Shown here one piece after another: positions 25,833 to 34,987 of a stretch of DNA of 64,000 nt. The stretch comes from Frankiaceae bacterium (GTDB lineage: Bacteria > Actinomycetota > Actinomycetes > BP-191). The DNA is taken from positions 7,729-71,728 of the forward strand of contig DASZER010000067.1 in assembly GCA_035940575.1 (NCBI GenBank), read 5' to 3'. Position numbers and translations under genes: made by a program. Positions within the stretch are counted from its first letter, which is position 1. Each line of letters starts with the position of its first letter. Under the pieces are notes generated by a model, which did not search any database, was not told the DNA's origin, and saw nothing but the letters and a program-made list of their open reading frames with translations.

Positions 25833-28800
25833 ATGCGCCTTGCCAGGGCGGCGGCCGCGTGTGCCGTGGCCCTCTCCGTGGCCGCCGTCCCGGCGCTGCC
25901 CGCCTCCGCCGAGGAGCCCGTCGCGCCGGCCGCGCCGCCCACGATCGAGGTCGTCCCGACCCCGGAGGGCCCGCGCCTCGCGTGGGGTACCGCGCCCACC
26001 GGCGGCGGCACCGGCTACGCCGTCTACCGGCAGCGCACCGGCGACGCCGCGCCCGCGAAGGTCACGACCGTCCCGGCGAGCACCGAGTCGTACGTCGACG
26101 CCGACCTCGCGCGCGGCGAGCAGGCCGTCTACTCCGTCGCCACCGTCCAGGGCGACGTCGAGAGCACGCCGCGCACCGCGCCGTCGTTCACCCGGCTCGC
26201 CGCCGACCCGGCCGTCGGCACGACCGACGCGCACGTCGACGACACCGGCGCGGGCGTCGTCGTGAACGCCGGCCTCGCCCGCACCGGCGACCGCGTCCAC
26301 TCCGACACGACCACCGTCACGCTGCCGCGCGTCGGCGGCCCCGGCACGTACGACGCCACCGGCCTCGCCGTGACCCGCGCCGGCTCGCTCTGCACCGCCA
26401 CGTCCGGCTCCATCGCCGTGGACGAGGTCCTCTACGACGCCGCCGGCGCGCTGCTGACGTACGCCGCGTCCTGGAACGTCGACTGCGCCGGCACGCCCAC
26501 GCACGGCCTCGTGCGCTGGCACTCGGCGCGGCCGTACCAGGGCGTGCGCGGCACGGTGCCGGCGGGCGAGTGGCGCGTGCCGTCGGGCTCGTACGGCGAC
26601 CGCACGCTGACGTTCGCCTCGGTCGGCGACGCGCCGGTGACGTTCGGCGCGGCGACGCTCTCCGGCGCCGACGCGGCGTCGTTCGCGATCCAGGGCAACG
26701 CCTGCGAGGGCCAGTCGCTCGCCGGCGGCGCGACCTGCGACGTCGTCGTCCGCGCGACCGTCTCCGGCGCCACGACCCGCACGGCGACCGTCGCGCTCGC
26801 CGACGACACCGCGCGCGGCACCCGCGGCGCGACGCTGTCCGCGATCCCGTCCTCGGTGCCCGGCGCGCCGGCGAACGTCGGCCTGTTCGGCCTGCGCATC
26901 GGCGTGGTGTCGACCGGCTGGCAGGCGCCGGCATCCGACGGCAACTCGCCGGTGACGGCGTACCGGGTCTACCGCCGGGTCGGCGACGGCGAGCCCGAGG
27001 CGCTCGCGCAGGTGCCGGCGAGCTCCGTGGCGTACGACGACGCCCGCCCGCCCGGCTCGACGCAGCGCTACGGCGTCTCGGCCGTCAACGCGATGGGCGA
27101 GGGCCCGGTCGCGTGGCTGCCGCACGACGTGGACACCCCTGGCACCAGCGTGATCCACGGCGTCGGCGACGCCAGCCCGTACGGCATGGCGGAGACCGTG
27201 CCGTACGGCGTCGTCGCCAGCCCCTACGACGTCGGCGGCGCCGACGTGCGGCACGCCGCCGTGTCGCCCGACGGCACGAAGATCGCGTACGCGAGGGCCG
27301 TTGCCGTGGCGGACGGCGACCACACGAGCTACGACCTGTACCTGCGCAACGCCGACGGCACCGGCACGCCGGTCAACCTCACCGGCGGCCGGATGGGCGG
27401 GCAGAGCGAGGAGTACTGGCCGGCGTTCAGCAACGACGGCAGGTGGATCGCGTTCACCCGCGAGTTCGACGACACCATCTCGGTGTGGCACGTCTCGGTG
27501 AACGGCGGCGTGCCGGTCCACCGCGGCGACAACGTCGCCGACCCGACGTGGCTCCCAGACTCGCGCTCGCTCGTCGTCACCGACTACACGTCGGCGACCG
27601 CGCCGCTCGTGCGCATCGCGCCGAACAACGCGCGCACCGCCGTCCCGGGCACGACCGCCGGCGAGTACCCGGACGTCTCGCCCGACGGGAGGTGGCTCGC
27701 GTTCGCGAAGTACAACGAGTGGTACGACGTCTACGCGATCGGCGTCCTGCCGGTCACAGGCGGCACGCCGAAGTGGATGCCGCTCGGCCCCGGTGCCCCC
27801 GACAGGCTCGCGCCGGCGTGGGACGGCACGGGACGGCGGCTCGCGTACACCCTCGTCAACAACGACCTCGAGCGGATCGCCGTCGGGCTCGCCGACTGGG
27901 ACGGCTCGACGCTCTCCGCGGCGGGGCTCGTGGTCGAGCACCCGTCGTTCGAGCCCGCGTGGCGCTCGGTCGGCATGCGGTTCACGTCGGCGCCGTACGC
28001 CGTCGCGGGCTCTGTCACCGTCGGCATCGCGCTGTCGTCGCCGTTTCCGTCGGCGACCTGCACGCTCGACGCGCAGGCGGGCGTGCCGTGCACGACGTCG
28101 TTTTCGAGGTCGGGCCTGACCGCGGGGACGCACACGCTCGTCGTGCGCGCGACGTACGGCGCCTACTCGCGCGTGCTCTCGCACACGTTCACCGTCGACC
28201 GGGCCGGCCCCGTCATCACGATGCTCACGCCCACCGCGCTGTTCCACCTCGGGACGAGCGTCGGGTTCCGCTGGTCGGCCACGGACGCGACCGGCGTGGT
28301 GGCCTACGACGTGCGCTACCGCCGCGCGCCGTACAACGGCGGCTTCGGCGGGTACACCACGTCGAGCAACCGCCCGGGCCCGGGGTACTCGATCCCGACG
28401 ACGCGCGGCTCGACGTACTGCCTGTCGGTACGCGCCCGCGACACGCTCGGGAACTACTCCGGATGGACCGCGGAGCGGTGCAGCACGATGCCGCTCGACG
28501 ACAGGTCGCTGTCGGTGTCGTCCGGCTGGAGCCGGGGCTCCATGACCGGCTACTACGCCTCGACGTACACCGCGTCGAGCCGCCTCGGCGCGACGATGAC
28601 GCTCGGCAACGTCTCCGCGAAGCGGCTCGCGGTCGTCGCGACCCGCTGCTACGGGTGCGGCTCCGTCGCGGTCTACATCGGGACGTCGTACGTCGGCACG
28701 GTCAACCTCTCGGCGAGCACGACGCAGCACTCCTACGTGGCCGTGCTGCCGGCGTTCGCGTCCGTCAGGACGGGCACCGTGACGCTGCGCGTCACGACGT

Positions 28801-28847
28801 CGGGACGCGCCGTGCAGGTCGACGGCCTCGGGGTGTCGAAGGCCTGA
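25833..28847 (+). CDS. secreted multidomain protein: FN3 modules, TolB/PD40-like beta-propeller repeats and a C-terminal ~75-aa beta domain
   Basis: In-frame ATG 25833 inside ORF 24396..28847, with a signal peptide. PD40-like repeats are SPDGTKIAY, SNDGRWIAF and SPDGRWLAF. Confidence 0.85.
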   Translation: MRLARAAAACAVALSVAAVPALPASAEEPVAPAAPPTIEVVPTPEGPRLAWGTAPTGGGTGYAVYRQRTGDAAPAKVTTVPASTESYVDADLARGEQAVYSVATVQGDVESTPRTAPSFTRLAADPAVGTTDAHVDDTGAGVVVNAGLARTGDRVHSDTTTVTLPRVGGPGTYDATGLAVTRAGSLCTATSGSIAVDEVLYDAAGALLTYAASWNVDCAGTPTHGLVRWHSARPYQGVRGTVPAGEWRVPSGSYGDRTLTFASVGDAPVTFGAATLSGADAASFAIQGNACEGQSLAGGATCDVVVRATVSGATTRTATVALADDTARGTRGATLSAIPSSVPGAPANVGLFGLRIGVVSTGWQAPASDGNSPVTAYRVYRRVGDGEPEALAQVPASSVAYDDARPPGSTQRYGVSAVNAMGEGPVAWLPHDVDTPGTSVIHGVGDASPYGMAETVPYGVVASPYDVGGADVRHAAVSPDGTKIAYARAVAVADGDHTSYDLYLRNADGTGTPVNLTGGRMGGQSEEYWPAFSNDGRWIAFTREFDDTISVWHVSVNGGVPVHRGDNVADPTWLPDSRSLVVTDYTSATAPLVRIAPNNARTAVPGTTAGEYPDVSPDGRWLAFAKYNEWYDVYAIGVLPVTGGTPKWMPLGPGAPDRLAPAWDGTGRRLAYTLVNNDLERIAVGLADWDGSTLSAAGLVVEHPSFEPAWRSVGMRFTSAPYAVAGSVTVGIALSSPFPSATCTLDAQAGVPCTTSFSRSGLTAGTHTLVVRATYGAYSRVLSHTFTVDRAGPVITMLTPTALFHLGTSVGFRWSATDATGVVAYDVRYRRAPYNGGFGGYTTSSNRPGPGYSIPTTRGSTYCLSVRARDTLGNYSGWTAERCSTMPLDDRSLSVSSGWSRGSMTGYYASTYTASSRLGATMTLGNVSAKRLAVVATRCYGCGSVAVYIGTSYVGTVNLSASTTQHSYVAVLPAFASVRTGTVTLRVTTSGRAVQVDGLGVSKA

Positions 28848-28849
28848 GC

Positions 28850-29815
28850 ATGCGCAGGACGGTCGCCGCCGTGCTCGCGGCGAGCGTCCTCGCCGCGGGG
28901 CTCGCGGGCGCGTCCTCGGCCGCTCCGGCCCGCCCGCCGCTGCGCTGCACGGGCACCGGACGCGTGCGGTCGTGCACGGTCTTCACGACGCTGAAGGTCC
29001 GCAGCAACGCCGTGCGCGTCGTGTTGCCCGCGTCGTACCGGCCTGGCCGGCGCTACCCCGTGGTCTACGTCCTGCACGGCGTGGGCGACGACGAGACGTC
29101 CTGGACCGACCCGAAGCGCGGCGACCTCGCGGCCCTGACCGCGACGTGCGAGGCCATCTTCGTGACGCCCGACGGCGGGAGCGGGCGCGTCGCCGGCTGG
29201 TACTCCGACTGGCAGGACGGCTCCTACGACTGGGAGCGCTACCACGTCGAGGACCTGCGGCTCGGCGTCGAGGCGACGTTCGGCACGACGGGCAGGCGCG
29301 CGGTCGCGGGCCTGTCGATGGGCGGCTTCGGCGCGATGTCGTACGCCGCCCGCAACCCGTCGCTCTACCGCGCCGCCGCGTCGTACTCCGGCTTCCTCGA
29401 CACGATGTTCGCCGCGCCGGCGACGGGCGCGTTCTACGACGCGAGCGGCCAGAACGACGTCTACTCGACCGGCGCGCCGAGCCGCGGCGTCTGGGGCGAC
29501 CAGCAGGCGGACGCGGCGACGTGGCGCGCGCACAACCCGTGGGACCTCGTGCCGAGCCTGCGCCACACCGCGCTCTACGTCTCCGGCGGCACCGGCGTCG
29601 CGGCGCCGTCGGCGCCGGCCACCGCGCCCATGAACGCCGTCGAGGCGTACACGCGGACGCTCACCGACCGCTTCGTCGCGCGGCTCGACGAGGCCGGGAT
29701 CCCCTACACCGACGGCCGCTACGACGGCGGCTCGCACGAGTGGCCGTACTGGCGCGCGGCGTTCACCGACAGCCTGCGCGTGCTGATGCCCGCCGTCGGC
29801 GCCCGTCCCTGCTGA
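28850..29815 (+). CDS. secreted esterase (esterase D / mycolyltransferase-like alpha/beta hydrolase)
   Basis: In-frame ATG 28850 inside ORF 25814..29815, with a signal peptide. YPVVYVLHG and the nucleophile elbow GLSMGG are present. Confidence 0.85.
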   Translation: MRRTVAAVLAASVLAAGLAGASSAAPARPPLRCTGTGRVRSCTVFTTLKVRSNAVRVVLPASYRPGRRYPVVYVLHGVGDDETSWTDPKRGDLAALTATCEAIFVTPDGGSGRVAGWYSDWQDGSYDWERYHVEDLRLGVEATFGTTGRRAVAGLSMGGFGAMSYAARNPSLYRAAASYSGFLDTMFAAPATGAFYDASGQNDVYSTGAPSRGVWGDQQADAATWRAHNPWDLVPSLRHTALYVSGGTGVAAPSAPATAPMNAVEAYTRTLTDRFVARLDEAGIPYTDGRYDGGSHEWPYWRAAFTDSLRVLMPAVGARPC

Positions 29816-29886
29816 CCTTTCGCGACCCCGCACGGCGGCGTCGTCGCGCGTAGCGTCGAGGCAACCGTCCGATTGGGGGGGTCCTC

Positions 29887-30223
29887 GTGCTCCGTCGTCT
29901 GTCCGTCGTCGCCGCGACCGCGACCGTCGCGCCCGCCTAGGCCACCGACTCCGTCCCCGGCGCCCGGCGTCCAGGCGCGGCGCCTCGCGCTCGTCGGCAC
30001 GCGCTGCCCGTCGTGCGGCGTGGTGGACCTGTTCATGGGCACCTCGCGCGTCGCCCGGATCGACATGGCGGGCACCCTGCTGAACAAGGCGCAGTGGGTG
30101 ATCCCGGCGTTCGCGTCGGTGCGTTCGGGCTCGGTCAGCCTGCGGGTCGTGTCGACCGGCAAGACCGTCCAGATCGACGGGATCGGCGTCAGCCGCGTGG
30201 CCTACGTCAGGCTGCCGTTCTGA
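29887..30223 (+). pseudogene. decayed mini-paralog: signal-peptide codons, in-frame TAG, frame change, then a copy of the C-terminal domain of the 25833..28847 protein
   Basis: GTG 29887 encodes VLRRLSVVAATATVAPA, then TAG at 29938-40. Another frame (ORF 29873..30223) encodes RRLALVGTRCPSCG...PAFASVRSGSVSLRVVSTGKTVQIDGIGVS, homologous to residues near 28620-28847. Confidence 0.45.
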
Positions 30224-31568
30224 ACCAGCCGACCCCGGTCGTCGCGCAGAGGCCCGCGGCGTTGCAGGCCCGCAGCGCGAACTCGTACGTCGTCGCGGGC
30301 CGCAGCCTCCCCGCCTCGACCCGGTAGTACGCGCGGCTGCCCGCGGCGACCGACGTCGTGAAGCCGTTCGTGACGTTCCACGTGCTCGCGCCCTTGGTGC
30401 GCACGTAGAACAGCGCGCGGTCCACCCCCGGCACGCGGTCGGTGACCACGGCGCTCATCGTGCCGGTGACGGGCATCGTCTGGGAGCCGCTCGTCGGGCG
30501 GATCGACGACGGGACCCCGGGCGCGTTGACGACGCGCTTCGCGGCGAGCACCCGCCGGACGCTCGCGATCGCGCTCGCGCGCGGGTACGTCCCCGCGTCG
30601 ATCGCCGCCCGGATCCTCGACATCACGGGGAGCGGGTCGCTCGTCACGAGCGCCATGTCCGCGCCCGCGCGCAGCGCGCGCACGGCGGCGTCGGCGGGGG
30701 ACAGGCCCATGTTCGTGATGGCCGCCATCGACAGCGAGTCGGTGAGGATCAGCCGCGCGCCGCCGAGGCGCCGGCGGAGGTAACGCATCGCGTTCGGCGA
30801 CAGGCTCGCGGGGACGCCGCTCTCGGTGAGGCCCGGCACCTTGAGGTGGCCGACCATGACGCTCGGGACGCCGTTCGCCATGACCGTGTCGAACGGCACC
30901 ATGTCGCGGCTCTGCATCGTCGACAGCGGCGGCGTCGTGGCGCCGCCCGCGTGCGTGTCGGTCGCCTGGCCGTGGCCCGGCCAGTGCTTCGCGCTCGTCA
31001 GCACGCGCGCGGAGCGCATGCCCCGCAACCACGCCGTCGTGAACGCGCCCACGGTGCTCGGGCTCGTCGCGAACGCGCGGTCGCTGCGTTCCATGTAGTA
31101 GCCGTCGATCTTCAGGTCCGCGACCGGCGCGAGGTCGAGGTCGACGCCGAGCGCGCGCATCCTGCGGCCGTAGTCGTAGGCGATCGCCTGCACCTGGCTC
31201 GTCGTACGCGTCGCGCCCATCGTCTCCGCGCTCGGCAGCGCGTAGATGACGCTCTCGAGCCGCTGGACCTGCCCGCCCTCCTCGTCGGAGGCGACGAACG
31301 GCACCACCGGCCCGGCCGCGCGCACCGACGCGAGCTGCGCTCCGAGGTTCGACGGCGGCGTGCCGAGCAGCACGATGCCGCCGATGCCGTTCGCGACCCA
31401 GGTCCTTGCCGTGGACAGGCTCGACATCGGCACGCCCGCCATCACGAGCTGGCCGGCGAGCTGCGTGCTCGTCCAGTTGTTCGGGTCGTTCGAGTACGCG
31501 GCGTGCGCCGGCGCCGGGATCGCGACGAGGACGAGGGCGGTGGCGGCTACGAACGCGCGTCCGGACAC
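30207..31568 (-). CDS. secreted glycoside hydrolase family 3 (NagZ-like beta-N-acetylhexosaminidase) with a C-terminal FN3-like domain
   Basis: ORF 30207..31568 with a signal peptide. VASDEEGGQVQRL, the KHWPGHG motif and LAPVADL are present. Confidence 0.85.
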   Translation of the reverse strand: MSGRAFVAATALVLVAIPAPAHAAYSNDPNNWTSTQLAGQLVMAGVPMSSLSTARTWVANGIGGIVLLGTPPSNLGAQLASVRAAGPVVPFVASDEEGGQVQRLESVIYALPSAETMGATRTTSQVQAIAYDYGRRMRALGVDLDLAPVADLKIDGYYMERSDRAFATSPSTVGAFTTAWLRGMRSARVLTSAKHWPGHGQATDTHAGGATTPPLSTMQSRDMVPFDTVMANGVPSVMVGHLKVPGLTESGVPASLSPNAMRYLRRRLGGARLILTDSLSMAAITNMGLSPADAAVRALRAGADMALVTSDPLPVMSRIRAAIDAGTYPRASAIASVRRVLAAKRVVNAPGVPSSIRPTSGSQTMPVTGTMSAVVTDRVPGVDRALFYVRTKGASTWNVTNGFTTSVAAGSRAYYRVEAGRLRPATTYEFALRACNAAGLCATTGVGWFRTAA

Positions 31569-32437
31569 GCGGCTGACGATAGCGACAGCACCCCGGCGAA
31601 CCTGTCACCTTCGGCGGCCACCGTGTCGAGCGCGCGTTGCGGGTCATACGTGAGCTCCTCGGCGTCGGCGCGTTCGACGGCATCCCACGGCACCGGCATC
31701 GAGACCGTAGGGACGCGCAGCGCGCGCAGGGAGTACGGCGCCACGGTCGACTTGCCCCTGTCGTTCTGGCTCCAGTCGACGAGCACCTTGCCGGGCCGCA
31801 GCGACCGCGTCATGCGGTCCACGACGCGTTCGGGCGTCTCGCGGGCGAGCGCGGCGGCGAGGCGCTTGGCGTAGCCCTTGGTGGCGTCGTACGTCGCGTC
31901 GCGCAGCGGGACGTAGACGTGGATGCCCTTGGCGCCGCTCGTCTTGGCGTAGGCCGCCAGGCCGTCGGCGTCGAGCCGCTCCCTCACTCGGAGCGCCACC
32001 TCGCACGCCTCGCGCAGGCCGGCGGGCGGGCCCGGGTCGAGGTCGAACACCATCACCAGCGGCCGTTCCTGCGCCTCCGCGAGCCCGAGGAACGGGTGGA
32101 TCTCGACGGTCGACAGGTTGCCCGCCCAGACGAGGCTCGGGAGGTCGTCGAGGACCGGCGACTCGAACGTCTTGCCGCTGCGCTCGTACGCCATCCGCGC
32201 CGTGCGCACCCACGGCGGGTGCGGAGGCGTCCGCGTCTGGAAGAAGTGCGGCCCGCCGACCCCCTCGGGGAAGCGGTGCAGCGTCACGGGCCGTCCCGCG
32301 ACGTGGGGGAGGAGCACGTGCGCGACGCGGACGTAGTAGTCGATGACCTCGGCCTTGGTCGTGCCCGTCGCCGGGTAGAGGACGCGGTCGAGGCTCGACA
32401 CGGCGACGTCGCGGTCGAGCACCCGCAGCGTCGTCAC
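31547..32437 (-). CDS. stand-alone LigD-type primase-polymerase (Prim-Pol) domain protein
   Basis: Last 296 aa of ORF 31547..33484, from GTG 32437 (GTGA overlap with the ligase stop). Motifs LVMVFDLDPG, KTSGAKGIHVYVPL and VLVDWSQN. Confidence 0.85.
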   Translation of the reverse strand: MTTLRVLDRDVAVSSLDRVLYPATGTTKAEVIDYYVRVAHVLLPHVAGRPVTLHRFPEGVGGPHFFQTRTPPHPPWVRTARMAYERSGKTFESPVLDDLPSLVWAGNLSTVEIHPFLGLAEAQERPLVMVFDLDPGPPAGLREACEVALRVRERLDADGLAAYAKTSGAKGIHVYVPLRDATYDATKGYAKRLAAALARETPERVVDRMTRSLRPGKVLVDWSQNDRGKSTVAPYSLRALRVPTVSMPVPWDAVERADAEELTYDPQRALDTVAAEGDRFAGVLSLSSAACPDARS

Positions 32438-33402
32438 GCGAGCTGCTCCACCGTGCACGAGCGCGGGTCGCGGTCGGGGCGCCAGCGCACCAGGCGCGCG
32501 GGGTGGCGGAAGCGGATGCCGTCGAGCACGGTGTACGCGACCTCGGCGACGAGCTCGGGGCGCAGGGGCACCCAGTCCATCGACATGCCCGGGGCCCAGC
32601 GTCCGGACGAGCCCTTGAGGCGCCCCATGTGCCCGCCCTCCAGCGCGAACCCGTTCTCCCAGGGATGCCCGCGCAACGGCGTGACGTACCTCGCGAGGTC
32701 GTCGGGCGCGGGGCCGCTCGTCACGACGCCGACGTGGCGCAGCGCGTCGCCCTCCCACACGCCGAGCAGCAGGCTCGCCACCCTCGGCGCGTCGGGCGTC
32801 CCGCCGAGGCGCATCCCGGCGACGACGCAGTCGACGGTCCGGACCCGCTTCACCTTGACCATCGCGCGCCTGCCCTGCTGGTACGGCAGGTCGGCGCGCT
32901 TCGCGACGACGCCGTCGAGCGCGCCGCCGGGCGGCGCGTCGAGCCAGCGCCGCGCCTCGTCCGGGTCCGTCGTCGTGGGGGTGGCGCAGACGTTCGGTGG
33001 CGCGCCGGCGAGGAGGCGTTCGAGCCGGGCGCGGCGGTCGGCGAACGGCTCGCCGGTCACCACGTCGAACGCGACGTAGCTCGCCGGCGTCTCCGCGCTC
33101 AGCCGCGCGACGCGCGAGGCGGCCGGGTGCAGCCGCGCCATCAGCGCGCCGAAGTCCGCGCGGCCGTCGCGCCACGCGAGCAGCTCGCCGTCGAGGACGT
33201 ACGCCCGCTCGGGCAGCGCGAGCAGCGACGCGACGACCTCGGGGAAGTAGCGGGCGAGCGGCTTGCCGTGCCGGCTGCGCAGGTCGACCGTGTCGCCGTC
33301 GCGCGTCGCGACGCAGCGGAACCCGTCCCACTTCGGCTCGTACGTCCAGCCCTCGCCGACCGGCAGGTCGTCCGCGGACTTCGCGAGCATCGGCACGATC
33401 AC
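32434..33402 (-). CDS. ATP-dependent DNA ligase, short LigC/LigD-ligase-domain type
   Basis: ORF 32434..33402. Adenylation motif I is EPKWDGFR. Also DGELLAW and MVKVKR (motif V-like). Confidence 0.85.
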   Translation of the reverse strand: MIVPMLAKSADDLPVGEGWTYEPKWDGFRCVATRDGDTVDLRSRHGKPLARYFPEVVASLLALPERAYVLDGELLAWRDGRADFGALMARLHPAASRVARLSAETPASYVAFDVVTGEPFADRRARLERLLAGAPPNVCATPTTTDPDEARRWLDAPPGGALDGVVAKRADLPYQQGRRAMVKVKRVRTVDCVVAGMRLGGTPDAPRVASLLLGVWEGDALRHVGVVTSGPAPDDLARYVTPLRGHPWENGFALEGGHMGRLKGSSGRWAPGMSMDWVPLRPELVAEVAYTVLDGIRFRHPARLVRWRPDRDPRSCTVEQLA

Positions 33403-33538
33403 GCCATACGACGTACCCGTGCCACCTCGCGCACAGTCGCCGCGTCAGCGAGGAACGGTTGAACCCGCGGTGCCGCGAACCCACTCATCAAGGACATGCC
33501 GGGCGCCAGGCCCGGTCCCAGATTGGGGGGTTACCACC

Positions 33539-33937
33539 ATGCGTCTCGTCTCCGCGTTACCGCTCGTCGCGCTCGCGGCCGTCACGCTCGCCGCGCCCGC
33601 GGCGTCGGCCGAGCCGATCTGCACCGGCACCGCCGAGGACGCGAAGGTCTGCGTCGACCCGGCGGGCACGCCCGGCGCGAGCCTCGAAGGATCGCTGTTC
33701 TCGCGCTGCCTGTTCGTGCCCACCATCCCCGAGTGCACGACCGTCTCCGTGCCCGGCGTGCGGATCACGTCGGGCGACGTGCCGCTCGTCACGTGCGAGG
33801 GCCCGCAGTGCCCGCCGCAGGGCGACCCGGTCCCCGACACCGGCCCGCTGCCGGGCGGCGGCGGCTGCGGCGACCCGACGCAGCGCGGCCCGGTCATCCC
33901 GAGGATCGTGGTCTGCATCCAGGAGGGCCACCTCTGA
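33539..33937 (+). CDS. small secreted Cys-rich protein (paralog of 35312..35836)
   Basis: In-frame ATG 33539 inside ORF 33263..33937. Signal peptide MRLVSALPLVALAAVTLAAPAASA. The mature part has 8 Cys. A TGGGGGGT leader motif lies upstream. Confidence 0.75.
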   Translation: MRLVSALPLVALAAVTLAAPAASAEPICTGTAEDAKVCVDPAGTPGASLEGSLFSRCLFVPTIPECTTVSVPGVRITSGDVPLVTCEGPQCPPQGDPVPDTGPLPGGGGCGDPTQRGPVIPRIVVCIQEGHL

Positions 33938-33974
33938 GTCGCGAGGGGGTCCTGCCGCGCCCGCGGCAGGGCCC

Positions 33975-34658
33975 CTACCCGCGCCGGGACCTCGCGTCGC
34001 CGTTCTCCCTCCTGGGGACCGGCGGGACGGCGCGGGCGGTGCGGAGGAAGATCCCGGGCACCTCGACCAGGGTCGCGGCCGCGAGGACGTTCTCGAGGTT
34101 GCCGAGCAGCGGCGCGACGCCGCCCCCGAGGAAGTACGCCGCCGTCAACCCCGCCGCCGTGCCGCTGGCGTACTCCAGACGCGGCTTCGCGAGGAACCAG
34201 TCCAGCACCCGCCCGAGCCGCCGGCCCGCGTCGCGGGCGCGCATCCTCACGGCCGCCACCACGAACCCCACGCCGTGCCGGAGCTGCGCGCGCCCCGGCT
34301 CGCCCCGCGCCTCGGCGAGCACCCGCCGGTACTCCTCGCGGCGGAACGCGCGCTTGCGCCCGCCGATCAGCGCGGCGAGGTCGGCGAGCCGCCACGCCGC
34401 CGCCGGCCCGATCCGCCGCATCGCGCGGCCGCGGCGTACGAGCTCGCGGGCGAGCCGTTCGGGGGCGCCCGACGTGACGAGGTCGATCACGAAGAAGGTC
34501 GTGCCCATCCCCATGAGCGCCCAGCGGAATGAGTCCCACCCGGACTCCCCGTCGATCCAGACCCCCGCGACTGCCGCGGTGGTGGCCGAGAGCGCGGCGG
34601 CGAGGACGAGCGGCGCCCACCACGGCAGCGGTCGGTTCCGGTCGCGGCGCGGGCTCAC
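33975..34658 (-). CDS. membrane protein co-transcribed with PadR
   Basis: Last 227 aa of ORF 33975..37493, from GTG 34658 (GTGA overlap with the padR stop). Hydrophobic segments include WWAPLVLAAALSATTAAVAGVW and MGMGTTFFVIDLV. Confidence 0.7.
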   Translation of the reverse strand: MSPRRDRNRPLPWWAPLVLAAALSATTAAVAGVWIDGESGWDSFRWALMGMGTTFFVIDLVTSGAPERLARELVRRGRAMRRIGPAAAWRLADLAALIGGRKRAFRREEYRRVLAEARGEPGRAQLRHGVGFVVAAVRMRARDAGRRLGRVLDWFLAKPRLEYASGTAAGLTAAYFLGGGVAPLLGNLENVLAAATLVEVPGIFLRTARAVPPVPRRENGDARSRRG

Positions 34659-34954
34659 GGGGTCACCCCGCGCGGGGCGAACGACCGGCGCGTACGGCCG
34701 CGCGAGTGCTGCTCGTACCAGACCCGCCCCGCGCCCGTCACCGTGTAGAAGCGGCGGCGGGGCCGGTCGTCGGGCTGCGCCGCCTCCCACTCGCCCACGA
34801 TCAGCCCGGCCTCCTCGAGCCGGTCGACGATCGGGTAGACCGTGCCGGAGCCGAGGCCCGACTCGTCGATGATCCGGTAGCCCCATGCCGGGTCCTCCGG
34901 CGGCGCGCCCATGATCACGTCGAGCACCAGCCGGGTGGCGGTCGTGAAGCGCAT
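34655..34954 (-). CDS. PadR-family transcriptional regulator
   Basis: ORF 34655..34954. GYRIIDESGLGSGTVYPIVDRLEEAGLI...RRFYTVTGAG is the PadR winged-HTH signature. Confidence 0.9.
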   Translation of the reverse strand: MRFTTATRLVLDVIMGAPPEDPAWGYRIIDESGLGSGTVYPIVDRLEEAGLIVGEWEAAQPDDRPRRRFYTVTGAGRVWYEQHSRGRTRRSFAPRGVTP

Positions 34955-34971
34955 GCGCTCCCTCTACCCCT

Positions 34972-34987
34972 ATGTCGAGGACGACAC
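34972..34987. promoter_or_regulatory. PadR-operator-like ATGT-N8-ACAC element
   Basis: ATGTcgaggacgACAC read directly, 18 nt upstream of the padR start in the divergent intergenic region. It is one base off the ATGT-N8-ACAT consensus described for PadR regulators. Confidence 0.3.

Noticed and set aside
25680-28730. Upstream 1017 aa of the - strand ORF 24366..28730; similar long 5' extensions exist for ORFs 25814.., 33975..37493, 15469..18405, 16257..19271, 38477..41374 and 60024..62618
   Set aside because: Only the 3'-terminal parts show protein-like composition, RBS/start-codon context or coupling to neighbours. The extensions are antisense to well-supported genes.
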